DNA of 64,000 bases from an uncultured Planctomycetota bacterium. Its GTDB lineage: Bacteria; Planctomycetota; Planctomycetia; Isosphaerales; Isosphaeraceae. Below are positions 33,685 through 42,102 of the stretch, piece by piece. Each line of letters begins with the position of its first letter. Position 1 is the first letter of the stretch. The stretch is taken from positions 1,536,001 to 1,600,000 of the forward strand of contig CAVTTN010000002.1 of NCBI GenBank assembly GCA_963737655.1, written 5' to 3'. The notes beneath the pieces were generated by a model. The model had not been told where the DNA came from and did no database searches. It saw nothing but the letters and a program-made list of their open reading frames with translations. A program made the translations under genes and the position numbers.

Positions 33685-35542
33685 GACTTAGACCCCCCTG
33701 AGATGCGAATCCTCGCGACTGATCCTTCCGATCGAGTCGTCCGCCCGGCCGCCCGGAGGCGCGTGCTGGGGACTCGGAACGGATCCTCTCACGCACCCGG
33801 ACGCCGGAGGGGCATCCCCAAGGTGCGCGCTGCACCGACGGCGACGCCCCCCGGGTGGGGTGGCGTCCGCTTGACGAGGGGGCCCAGCGGCTCAACCCGC
33901 TCAAGGGTCGAGTCGTCGGCCGAGATCTCCGCCACTGTGTCCGGAACCTATCCGCAATCGCTCACGCCTGGATGGAAAAGTTCCTGTCGATTGAGGTCGG
34001 TAGGGGGGCGATCCCGATCGGGGACTGGTGGCAGTCGCACGGTGGAGAATCGCTCTCCGGTGGATTTCAAACGTCGAGTCGTCCTCGTGTTGACGAAAGA
34101 CAACATCGAGACGAGCGGCCCCTTCGATCCCCGCACCGAACCGGGTGACTTCCTTGCCCAGCCCACCTCTTCGGCGAGGAGGTAAGATCCATTCCGCACG
34201 ATCCGAACGCATCCGTGGGCTGTGAGCCGAATCTAGCAACAGCCCTGCGACTCTTCAACTAAAAAGATGAAGGGCGCACAAAAAACGATCGATCCCACCG
34301 CGACATCCCGACAGGCCGGTCGACGGACCCATTCCCGACTTGAACTGTTAAAAATAAATGAGCATATATTATGGATTTCTCGGGGCGGGTCGCGATCGGG
34401 CGGGATGACTTCGGCCGCGCGAGCCGCCGCTCCGCCTGCTGCGGTTCCCGGGAAGGGGGAGGCATCCTCCTCCAGGCATTCGAACCGGTCGGGCCGCGGC
34501 CGGATGACATCCTCTGCCGGGCGATTTCGAGCGTCGAGACGAACTTGTGGGTGTCACCGTCCTCGTCCGCATTCATGCACTCGGTCTTGGCTTCAAGGCT
34601 CAATGCTTGCTCCCCAGGCCCGGCCGAACGGATGGTTAGCCCGCGGGTTCCCGGTATCCGGGCACTCCGCATGATCCAGGCGAGGCACGTGCGTGCCGAA
34701 GTGCCGTCCCCGTCATTTCAAAAAAATAGATTCATGCTATAATTTATTTGAGAAGAAGACGTCCATGGCCGGAAAACCGCGGCTTTATTGAGCCACGGAC
34801 TCCGCGATTCCTCGACTCCGGGCGACGCATCGACGAGAGAAACCCGGGCCCGGCCTGGCCAGGGCGGAGCGACCCCCGCCATCGTCGAGGGATGCCGATG
34901 GAGCCGAGACCGGGCATGACCCTCCGCGTCGCGCTGCCGCGGGGGCGAGCGATTGTGTGAACACGTCTTTATTTAATCGTCGGAACGGGGCCGACCGGGG
35001 TCGCAACGCGAGGAAGCCCGCCGGAGCGCCCATCGGCCCACGCGGCCGGACTGGTATAAAATATATGGGAATGGAAATTATAATTCATTCGCACTGGCGT
35101 TCAATCAACGCAGTAGATTGTCCGAATTCTGCATGGGTCGATCTGGCATGCGATCATGCAATATATTGTGAAAATGTGGATGTATTGCGCCCCCCGATGC
35201 GGCCGGGACTTGTTGCGCGTTTTGGCCGATCAGGTCGCGGGCCGACTCGATTTGCCGGTTGTCGCATCGCTTGTGAGGGATTGGACTTGCGATTTTGAGA
35301 GCCGAAAATTCGGACGTGAGTATCCCTGCTCGCGCACGAGTCGATGCGCACGCGAATCCAGCCTGATTTCCGCCCTTTTCGCGAATTTGGGACGAAAAGT
35401 GTAGTCAAATATAGTCAACTTCCTGGAAAAATGACGATTGCCGACCTTTGACGTTCATTAGATTTGATGTTGTCAAGATCATGGCAATCGTCTGCCCTCA
35501 AGATCAAGGTCGACGCAGTTTGCCCATCCTCCTTCCGGACGA

Positions 35543-36862
35543 TCAAAGCGAGACCGCCCCGGGCGAGGCGGACCTCCCGGCGTGCCTGGGGTTCGGGTCG
35601 AACAGCCCGGCGAAGCAGGGGTCGGTGAGGTAATCGACCCGGCGGGCCACCTCGGTGGCGCGACCCGGGCGCATCAGGAGCTGGTCGGAGGGGGGCAGGC
35701 CGAGCACTCGCTTGACGTCCACGCCGAGGAGCTCGGCCACGGTCCGGGCCACCAGGCCGTTGGTCAGCCCGAACGCCTGGATCACGGCCGCGTTGTTCAG
35801 GATGCTCTCCCACTCGGTCGGGTACAGGGCCCGGAGCTGGGCCAGGTCCTGCCAGAACGTCCAGACCTGAACACCATAGCCGCGCAGCAAAGTGACGGCC
35901 GTGAGCAACTGAGGCAAAGGGCCGAGCTGGCCGATCTCGTCGAGGATCAGCAGGGTCCGGGCCTCCGGGGCCCGCGACCTTCGCAAGATCGCCGCGGTGA
36001 GGGTGCCGACCCACAGCCTGAGCAGGGCCCGGTGGCTGCGGAGCCGGTCGGGCGAAAAGATCAAGAAGATGTCGATCGGGTCGCCGCGGACCCATCCGAC
36101 CAGGTCGAACGTGGTCCGGCCGATCGCCTGGCGGACGGCCCTCGCTCCCAGGGACTTCACGCACGCCTGGGCCGTCGAGCGGACGCTCGGCCGGCACTTG
36201 TCGGCCTCGTGCTGGAGATATGCGCCGAGCTCCTCGCGGGCCAGTTGGTTGGCGAACGGGTGGGTGTCCAGCGCGACGGCGATGTTGTAATCGACGTCGT
36301 CGCCGTAGAGCAGGTCGAGGACCCGGCCGAGGTGCCGTTGCGACGGCTCGGGCGACTCGGCGGCCAGGCCGATCAGGCCGGTGAGGAGCCCCTTCGCGCT
36401 GAGTTCCCAGAACAGGTCGCGGCTGGAGATCGGCTGCTCGCCCAGGATCAGCTCGGCGAGCATCTCCGAGTCGCAGTCGGGCTCTCCGCCGGCCAGGGCC
36501 AAGAGGTCCAGCGGGTTCAGGCCCTGGGTCGGGGGCCCGACGATGCCGAACGGGTCGAGGGCCACGACGGTGTGGCCCATCTCGCGACGCCGGCGGGCGG
36601 TGACGTGGTAGTTCTCCCCCTTGACGTCGATGGTCAGGGACGGCCCGGGGTGGGCGAGCAACGCCGGGATCACCCCGGAGCGGCCCTTGCCCCCCCCGGT
36701 CGGCGAGACGGTCAGCAGGTGGCCGTCGCCGGGATGGACGATGGGCAGGGCGCCGGAGGACGGCGGCTCGGGGCGGGCGCCGAAGCCCAGGGACGCATGG
36801 CGTCGGGCGGCGGTCCAGCCCAGGGGCAACCCGGGCGGCAGGTTCGTCGGGATCGCGGTCAC
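35543..36862 (-). CDS. VirD4/TraG-like type IV coupling-protein ATPase without an N-terminal TM segment
   Basis: AAGGAGG before GTG at 36862. Motifs: HLLTVSPTGGGKGRSGVIP (Walker A), IDVKGENY, LDPF..LNPLD, FWE..A, LLILDEIGQLG (Walker B), LRGYGVQVWTFWQDLAQL. Confidence 0.85.
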   Translation of the reverse strand: MTAIPTNLPPGLPLGWTAARRHASLGFGARPEPPSSGALPIVHPGDGHLLTVSPTGGGKGRSGVIPALLAHPGPSLTIDVKGENYHVTARRRREMGHTVVALDPFGIVGPPTQGLNPLDLLALAGGEPDCDSEMLAELILGEQPISSRDLFWELSAKGLLTGLIGLAAESPEPSQRHLGRVLDLLYGDDVDYNIAVALDTHPFANQLAREELGAYLQHEADKCRPSVRSTAQACVKSLGARAVRQAIGRTTFDLVGWVRGDPIDIFLIFSPDRLRSHRALLRLWVGTLTAAILRRSRAPEARTLLILDEIGQLGPLPQLLTAVTLLRGYGVQVWTFWQDLAQLRALYPTEWESILNNAAVIQAFGLTNGLVARTVAELLGVDVKRVLGLPPSDQLLMRPGRATEVARRVDYLTDPCFAGLFDPNPRHAGRSASPGAVSL

Positions 36863-37231
36863 GGCGGCACCTCCTTGGTTCGATCGAGCGATCGGCCTCC
36901 CGATCGCGCGGCGACCATCGAGAGATACGCGGGGCCTTTCCGAGATTTCCCCCGCGAACGCTCGGGGTGAAAAAACGGCGAGAGGTGCCTTATCTCTCTC
37001 GACGAGATGTCCGGGCGACCCGTTGGGAACGTCAAGCCCGGCCCCCCCAGCTCGTCGGGATCGTCCGGCTGAGCGCCCCGAACGGCCCGGGCCCGAAGGC
37101 CCACCGGCCCGCACCCCATCGATCCCCCGGCCCTCGCGGCGACCATCCGCGAGCGACGGGCCCGATCGGGGTACGTACCGACAAATGCATGCATGAGGTG
37201 CTCATCCTGCCTTTCTCAAAGGAATGGCTCG

Positions 37232-37504
37232 ATGCTGCCTCGGACTCGGTTGATCTCCGCCTGGCTCCGCGACCGGATCGCCCCGGATCGCCGGCGCCCC
37301 CGCCGTTCGTTCGTTCCCCTGGCCGATCGGTGCGAGCCCCGCGTCGTCCTGAGCGACGTGACGCTCCCCACGGCCGTCGTCACCCCGTCGGATCCGGACA
37401 CCCCGCCGACCCCCCAGGCGGTCAACACGGACGACCCGACCGACCCGGCCGACCCCTCGACCGCGCCGTCGGGCCCGCTCCTGGGCACGACCACCTGGAA
37501 CTGA
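37232..37504 (+). CDS. 90-aa mini-protein with a planctomycete LEPRxLL-like leader and a Pro/Asp/Thr-rich tail
   Basis: AAGGAA upstream of ATG 37232. RRRPRRSFVPLADRCEPRVVLS resembles the RRxxxPxxExLEPRxLLS leader. Confidence 0.65.
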   Translation: MLPRTRLISAWLRDRIAPDRRRPRRSFVPLADRCEPRVVLSDVTLPTAVVTPSDPDTPPTPQAVNTDDPTDPADPSTAPSGPLLGTTTWN

Positions 37505-37904
37505 GCCCCCGAGGGCCTCGCGGGGCGGCCCCGGGCCACCCATGACCGGGGGGCCCGGGGCCGCCCGTCGCCCGGAGGGGCCACGGGCGCGAGGTCATCG
37601 TGGACCTCCGCCCCGCGAGGGCATTGATCCGCGTCGCCGCCAGGGTCCAGGCCGGGGCAAGCGATCGCGGGCCTCGTCATCGTTCCTCCCCGGGCGGCCG
37701 GACGAACACCGGCCGCCGATTCGCGACGATCCCTGGCGAGGCGAGAGCCAGGCGGGTACATTCGTTGAGGCCCTCCGGCCGCACTCCGATCGTGCGGCGG
37801 AGGCCCTCCCGCTTCCCGGGGCGCCTCACCCTCCCTTCCAGGCGCTCCTCGATCGGATAAATTGCGCCGGGCCCTGCCGGCCCGCCCCCGGGAGCCGTTC
37901 CTCC

Positions 37905-38525
37905 ATGACCGATGCCGAGATCCAGGACCTGTGCGAGCGGCTTCGCTCCGAAGGGCCCGACCCCGAGGCCCAGCATCGGATGTTCCTCCACATCGAGGCC
38001 GAGCTCCGCGCGTTGGTCCACCCGATCCTCCGCCGCGACTTCTCCCGGGTCGCCCTGATGGCCGAGACCGACGACGTCCTCCACGACGTCCTGTGCAAGA
38101 TGATGCCGTACCTCCGCCAGGGGGGCGAGGCGTTCGCCACCGACGTGGCCACCTTCCGCAAGCTCACGGCCACGGTCCTCCGCCGGACCCTGATCGGCCT
38201 GGCGAGGAAACATTACGGGTCGCTCCGCGGACACCCCCTGAGCGAACCCTCCGACGCGATCGACCCGGGCCTGGCCGAATCCAGCGGCCTGGACGGCTGG
38301 CGGTCCCGGCTCCGGATCCACGAGCTGATCGACCAGCTCGAGCCCGAGGACCGCGAGGTCATCGAGCTGGCGATGTACACCCACCTCGCCAACGCCGAGA
38401 TGGCCCGGTGCCTCGGGGTCTCGCCCGGCCAGGCGTCCCGGCGGTTCTCCCGGGCCAAGGAGAGGCTCGGCCTCCTCCTGGCCCAGGACGAGCAGAAGGC
38501 GGACTCCGGGTCGATCAAGGGCTGA
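37905..38525 (+). CDS. ECF RNA polymerase sigma factor (kinase-associated type)
   Basis: Region 2: ELRALVHPILRR..AETDDVLHDVL..FRKLTATVLRRTLIGLARKH. Region 4: IDQLEPEDREVIEL..LANAEMARCLGVSPGQASRRFSRAKERL. Confidence 0.88.
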   Translation: MTDAEIQDLCERLRSEGPDPEAQHRMFLHIEAELRALVHPILRRDFSRVALMAETDDVLHDVLCKMMPYLRQGGEAFATDVATFRKLTATVLRRTLIGLARKHYGSLRGHPLSEPSDAIDPGLAESSGLDGWRSRLRIHELIDQLEPEDREVIELAMYTHLANAEMARCLGVSPGQASRRFSRAKERLGLLLAQDEQKADSGSIKG

Positions 38526-38581
38526 GGGTCGGGTGGCCTGCTGACGCCTCCCTCAGCAGGCCCCCGTTCCGGAGAGGAACC

Positions 38582-41500
38582 ATGGCGTTCGACCCCTCCC
38601 GCGTGAAATCGCTGTTCCTGGGCGCATCCGACCTCCCCTCGCCCGAGGAGCGCGCCGCCTATCTCGACCGCGAATGCGAGGGCGAGCCCGAACTCAGGGC
38701 CAGGGTCGAGGCCCTGCTCGCGGTGGACGCTCGCGCCGGGCCGGGCGCCGAACCCGATCCCACGGGCGCGTTTCCCATCGATCCGGCCACGATCCGGAAG
38801 AGCACCGGCGCCGACGCCCCGGAGATCTCTCCATCCTTCGAATTGGCGGGCGAGGAAGGCGGGGCAGGCTCCCACGACTTCACGCGGGACGAGGCCCCGC
38901 CGGCTCATCGCCCGGGCGCGTTCGTCCTCGGCCAGGTCATCGCCGGGCGGTACGCTCTCCTCGAAGTCCTGGGCGAAGGGGGCATGGGCACCGTCTATCT
39001 CGCCGAGCAATCCCGGCCGGTCAAGCGTCGGGTGGCCCTGAAGCTGATCAGGGTCGGCATGGACTCGCGGACCGTCCTGGCGCGGTTCGACGCCGAGCGC
39101 CAGGCCCTGGCCCTGATGGACCACCCCAACATCGCCCGCGTCTACGACGGCGGGGCCACCGAGGCCAATCAGCCGTTCTTCGTCATGGAGCTGGTCCGCG
39201 GCGTCCCGATCACCGAGTATTGCGACCGGCACCGACTGTCCGTCGTCGCCCGCCTCCAGCTCTTCGTCGCCGTGTGTCAGGCCGTGCAGCACGCCCACCA
39301 GAAGGGGATCATCCATCGCGACATCAAGCCCTCGAACGTGATGGTCACCGAGGTGGACGGGCGCCCCACCCCGAAAGTCATCGACTTCGGCGTGGCCAAG
39401 GCGACGGACTCCCATCTCACCGACCAGAGCCTGGGCGACACCGGCGCCATCGTCGGCACGCCGACGTACATGAGCCCCGAGCAGGCCGACCCGTCGACTC
39501 GGGACATCGACACCCGGACCGACGTCTACGCCCTGGGCGTGATCCTCTACGAGCTCCTGGCGGGCTCGCCACCTTTGGATGTCTCGCAGTTCCGCCGAGG
39601 GGCGATCCTGGAGATGCTGCGGATGGTCCGCGAGGTCGATCCGTCGAAGCCGAGCACGAAGCTGAGCACGGCCGACGCCCTGCCCAACATCGCGGCCAAT
39701 CGCGGGATCGACCCGGAGCGCCTGAAACGCGAGCTGCGAGGGGACCTCGACTGGATCGTCATGAAGGCCCTGGAGAAAGACCGGACGCGACGCTACGAGT
39801 CGGCCAACGGTTTCGCCTCCGACATCCTGCGCCACCTCTCCAATGAGCCGGTCCAGGCGGCGCCTCCGAGCCGGTCGTATCGGCTGAGGAAGTTCGCCCG
39901 CAAGCATCGCGCGGGGGTCCTCGCCGCGAGCCTGGTCCTGCTGGCCTTGCTGGCGGGGATCGCGGGAACGACGTGGGGGCTGTTCGAGGCGAAGAGGCAG
40001 GCGGGTCTGGCGAACCAGCGAGAACAGGGAGAGCGCCTCGCCAAGCAGGCGGCCCTCGAAGCGGCCGATAAAGAACGACTGGCCACCCAGAAGGCCCTCA
40101 AGGCCGCCGATCAGGAGAAGAAGGCGAAGGAGACGGTCGAGGACGTCCTGGGTTTCGTCGAGGACAAGATCTTCGCCGCCGCCCGGCCCAAGGACCAGGA
40201 AGGCGGCCTGGGCTATGACGTGAAGCTGGCCGATGCGATCAAGGCCGCGTTGCCCTCGATTCCGACGAGATTCCGCAACAAACCGCTGACCGAGGCCCGC
40301 CTGCGACGGACGATCGGGACGTCCTTCCATTTCCTGGGGAAGCCGGAGATCACCGTGGGGCAATTCGAGGCGGCTCGGTCGCTGTACACCCGGGAACTCG
40401 GCCCCGACCACCCCGACACGCTCGGGATCATGAACCGGCTGGCCGTCGCGTACTCGGACCTCGGCAAAACGGAGGAGGCCCTCAAGCTCCGCGAAGAGGC
40501 GCTGGCCCGGAAGACGGCCACACTCGGACCCGACCACCTGGACACCATCGCCAGCCGGGGCAATCTCGCCCTGAGCTACCTCGCCCTCGGCCGGAATGCG
40601 GAGGCCGTCGAGCTCGGGGAAGAGACCCTGGCCCAGTTGAAAGCCAGGCTCGGCCCCGACCATCCCGAAACGATCATTTGCATGCAATTCCTGGTCATGG
40701 GCTACTCCGGCCTCGGCCGGAATGCCGAGGCGCTCCGGCTCAACGAACAGGCGATGGCCCTGGCGAAGACCAGGCTCGGCCCCGACCACCTCGAAACGAT
40801 CCGGATCCTCCACAACCTGGCGGCCCAGTACGCCGCCCTCGGCCGGCACGCCGAGGCCCTCCCGCTCGGAGAAGAGGCGTTGGCCCGGAGACGGAGGAAG
40901 CTTGGCCCCAACCACCCCCAAACGCTCAATAGCATGCGCAATGTGGCCGACTTTCTCGCCGCCCTCGGTCGGCACGCCGACTCCGTGACGCTCCGCGAGG
41001 AGGCCCTGCCCCTTCAGAAAACCCATCTCGGCCCGGCCCACCCCGAAACGCTCCGGAACATGGTGAACCTGGCCAACGGTTACGCCGCCTTGGGCCGGCA
41101 GGCCGACGCCGTGAAGCTCCGCGAGGAGATGCTGGCCCTCAAGAAGACCAGGCTCGGCCTCGACCAGCCGGAGACGCTCAGGACCCTGAGGAACCTGGCC
41201 CTCAGCCTCCTGGCCGCCGGTCGGCTCCCGGAGGCGAGCGCGCTCCTGGAGCGGGCCGTCGATCGAAACGATCCCGAGAGTGCGCGGTGGCTCGCCGTGG
41301 TTCAAGCCTGGCTCGGCCAGGACCCGCGATTCGCGGCAACCCGGCGGCGGGTCCTCGCGCTGGCCAGGGGGGCCGACGACGCGGCGGAGGCGTATCGCGC
41401 CGCGCAGGTCGCCGCCTTGCGACCGTCGACCAACCCGGCGGAACTCGAAGCGATCCTCGCCCTCGGGCGCAAGGCCGTGGGACGGAACCGGGGCGAGCCG

Positions 41501-41842
41501 GAGCTCCTGGCCCTCGGCATGGCCGAATTCCGCAACGGCCACCTCGTCGCCGCCGAGGAGGCTCTCCTCGCCGCCGCGAAGGCCGGGAAGGACGTCAACG
41601 CGGCGGGCATCGCGGACTTCTACCGGGCCATCAGCCTGTTCCAGCAAGGCAAGAAGGACGAGGCCCGAGACCTCGCCACCAGGGCCTCCGCGACGATGAG
41701 ACCGTGGCCCAGGGACGAGCGGAACCCCCTGGCCGACGGCGCCTCCCGCGACCACCTGATCCTCTGGCTGGCCTACCAGGAGGCGAAGGCCCTGATCGGC
41801 TTCGAACCGCCCCCCTCGCCGACGCCGCCCGTCGCGAAATGA
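38582..41842 (+). CDS. Hanks-type Ser/Thr kinase with one TM helix and ~42-aa TPR repeats
   Basis: GGAGAGG RBS; LGEGGMGTV, VALKLI, HRDIKPSN, DFG, GTPTYMSPEQ, DVYALG; TM VLAASLVLLALLAGIAGTTWGL; repeated LGPDHPxT. Confidence 0.93.
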   Translation: MAFDPSRVKSLFLGASDLPSPEERAAYLDRECEGEPELRARVEALLAVDARAGPGAEPDPTGAFPIDPATIRKSTGADAPEISPSFELAGEEGGAGSHDFTRDEAPPAHRPGAFVLGQVIAGRYALLEVLGEGGMGTVYLAEQSRPVKRRVALKLIRVGMDSRTVLARFDAERQALALMDHPNIARVYDGGATEANQPFFVMELVRGVPITEYCDRHRLSVVARLQLFVAVCQAVQHAHQKGIIHRDIKPSNVMVTEVDGRPTPKVIDFGVAKATDSHLTDQSLGDTGAIVGTPTYMSPEQADPSTRDIDTRTDVYALGVILYELLAGSPPLDVSQFRRGAILEMLRMVREVDPSKPSTKLSTADALPNIAANRGIDPERLKRELRGDLDWIVMKALEKDRTRRYESANGFASDILRHLSNEPVQAAPPSRSYRLRKFARKHRAGVLAASLVLLALLAGIAGTTWGLFEAKRQAGLANQREQGERLAKQAALEAADKERLATQKALKAADQEKKAKETVEDVLGFVEDKIFAAARPKDQEGGLGYDVKLADAIKAALPSIPTRFRNKPLTEARLRRTIGTSFHFLGKPEITVGQFEAARSLYTRELGPDHPDTLGIMNRLAVAYSDLGKTEEALKLREEALARKTATLGPDHLDTIASRGNLALSYLALGRNAEAVELGEETLAQLKARLGPDHPETIICMQFLVMGYSGLGRNAEALRLNEQAMALAKTRLGPDHLETIRILHNLAAQYAALGRHAEALPLGEEALARRRRKLGPNHPQTLNSMRNVADFLAALGRHADSVTLREEALPLQKTHLGPAHPETLRNMVNLANGYAALGRQADAVKLREEMLALKKTRLGLDQPETLRTLRNLALSLLAAGRLPEASALLERAVDRNDPESARWLAVVQAWLGQDPRFAATRRRVLALARGADDAAEAYRAAQVAALRPSTNPAELEAILALGRKAVGRNRGEPELLALGMAEFRNGHLVAAEEALLAAAKAGKDVNAAGIADFYRAISLFQQGKKDEARDLATRASATMRPWPRDERNPLADGASRDHLILWLAYQEAKALIGFEPPPSPTPPVAK

Positions 41843-42102
41843 TCGAGCCGCGGCCGGGGGATGCCGGCGATTCCCCGCCCGCGTCGTCCTTGAGACGCTT
41901 CCGTTCGCGGTCGGCCGAAAACCTGCTTACCCAGACGCAAACACGGTACGCAACCACCCGAAACGGCCGGATTAACACAATACCAGGCCCTCTCCTTCGG
42001 CCCGTCGCGCACCGAAATCCCCGGTCGAGCGCCGAGAACATCCAGAGGGGGGCGGCCCGACCGCCCGGGTCTTCCGCCTCCGGGCGGCCAGGAGAGGACG
42101 CG

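Noticed and set aside
34040..34185. Fragment reading GPFDPRTEPGDFLAQP, reminiscent of RsbW-type anti-sigma kinases
   Set aside because: Similarity is too short and lacks the flanking N-box and G-box motifs.
35543..36862. Conjugative element (ICE) around the VirD4-like gene
   Set aside because: No relaxase, VirB4 or mating-pair genes and no nearby integrase recognisable in the window.
37542..38580. Extended N-termini given by the ORF track for the ECF sigma and kinases (also 41287, 62753, 48226)
   Set aside because: The extensions overlap other genes and are low-complexity; downstream ATGs with RBS or domain boundaries fit better.
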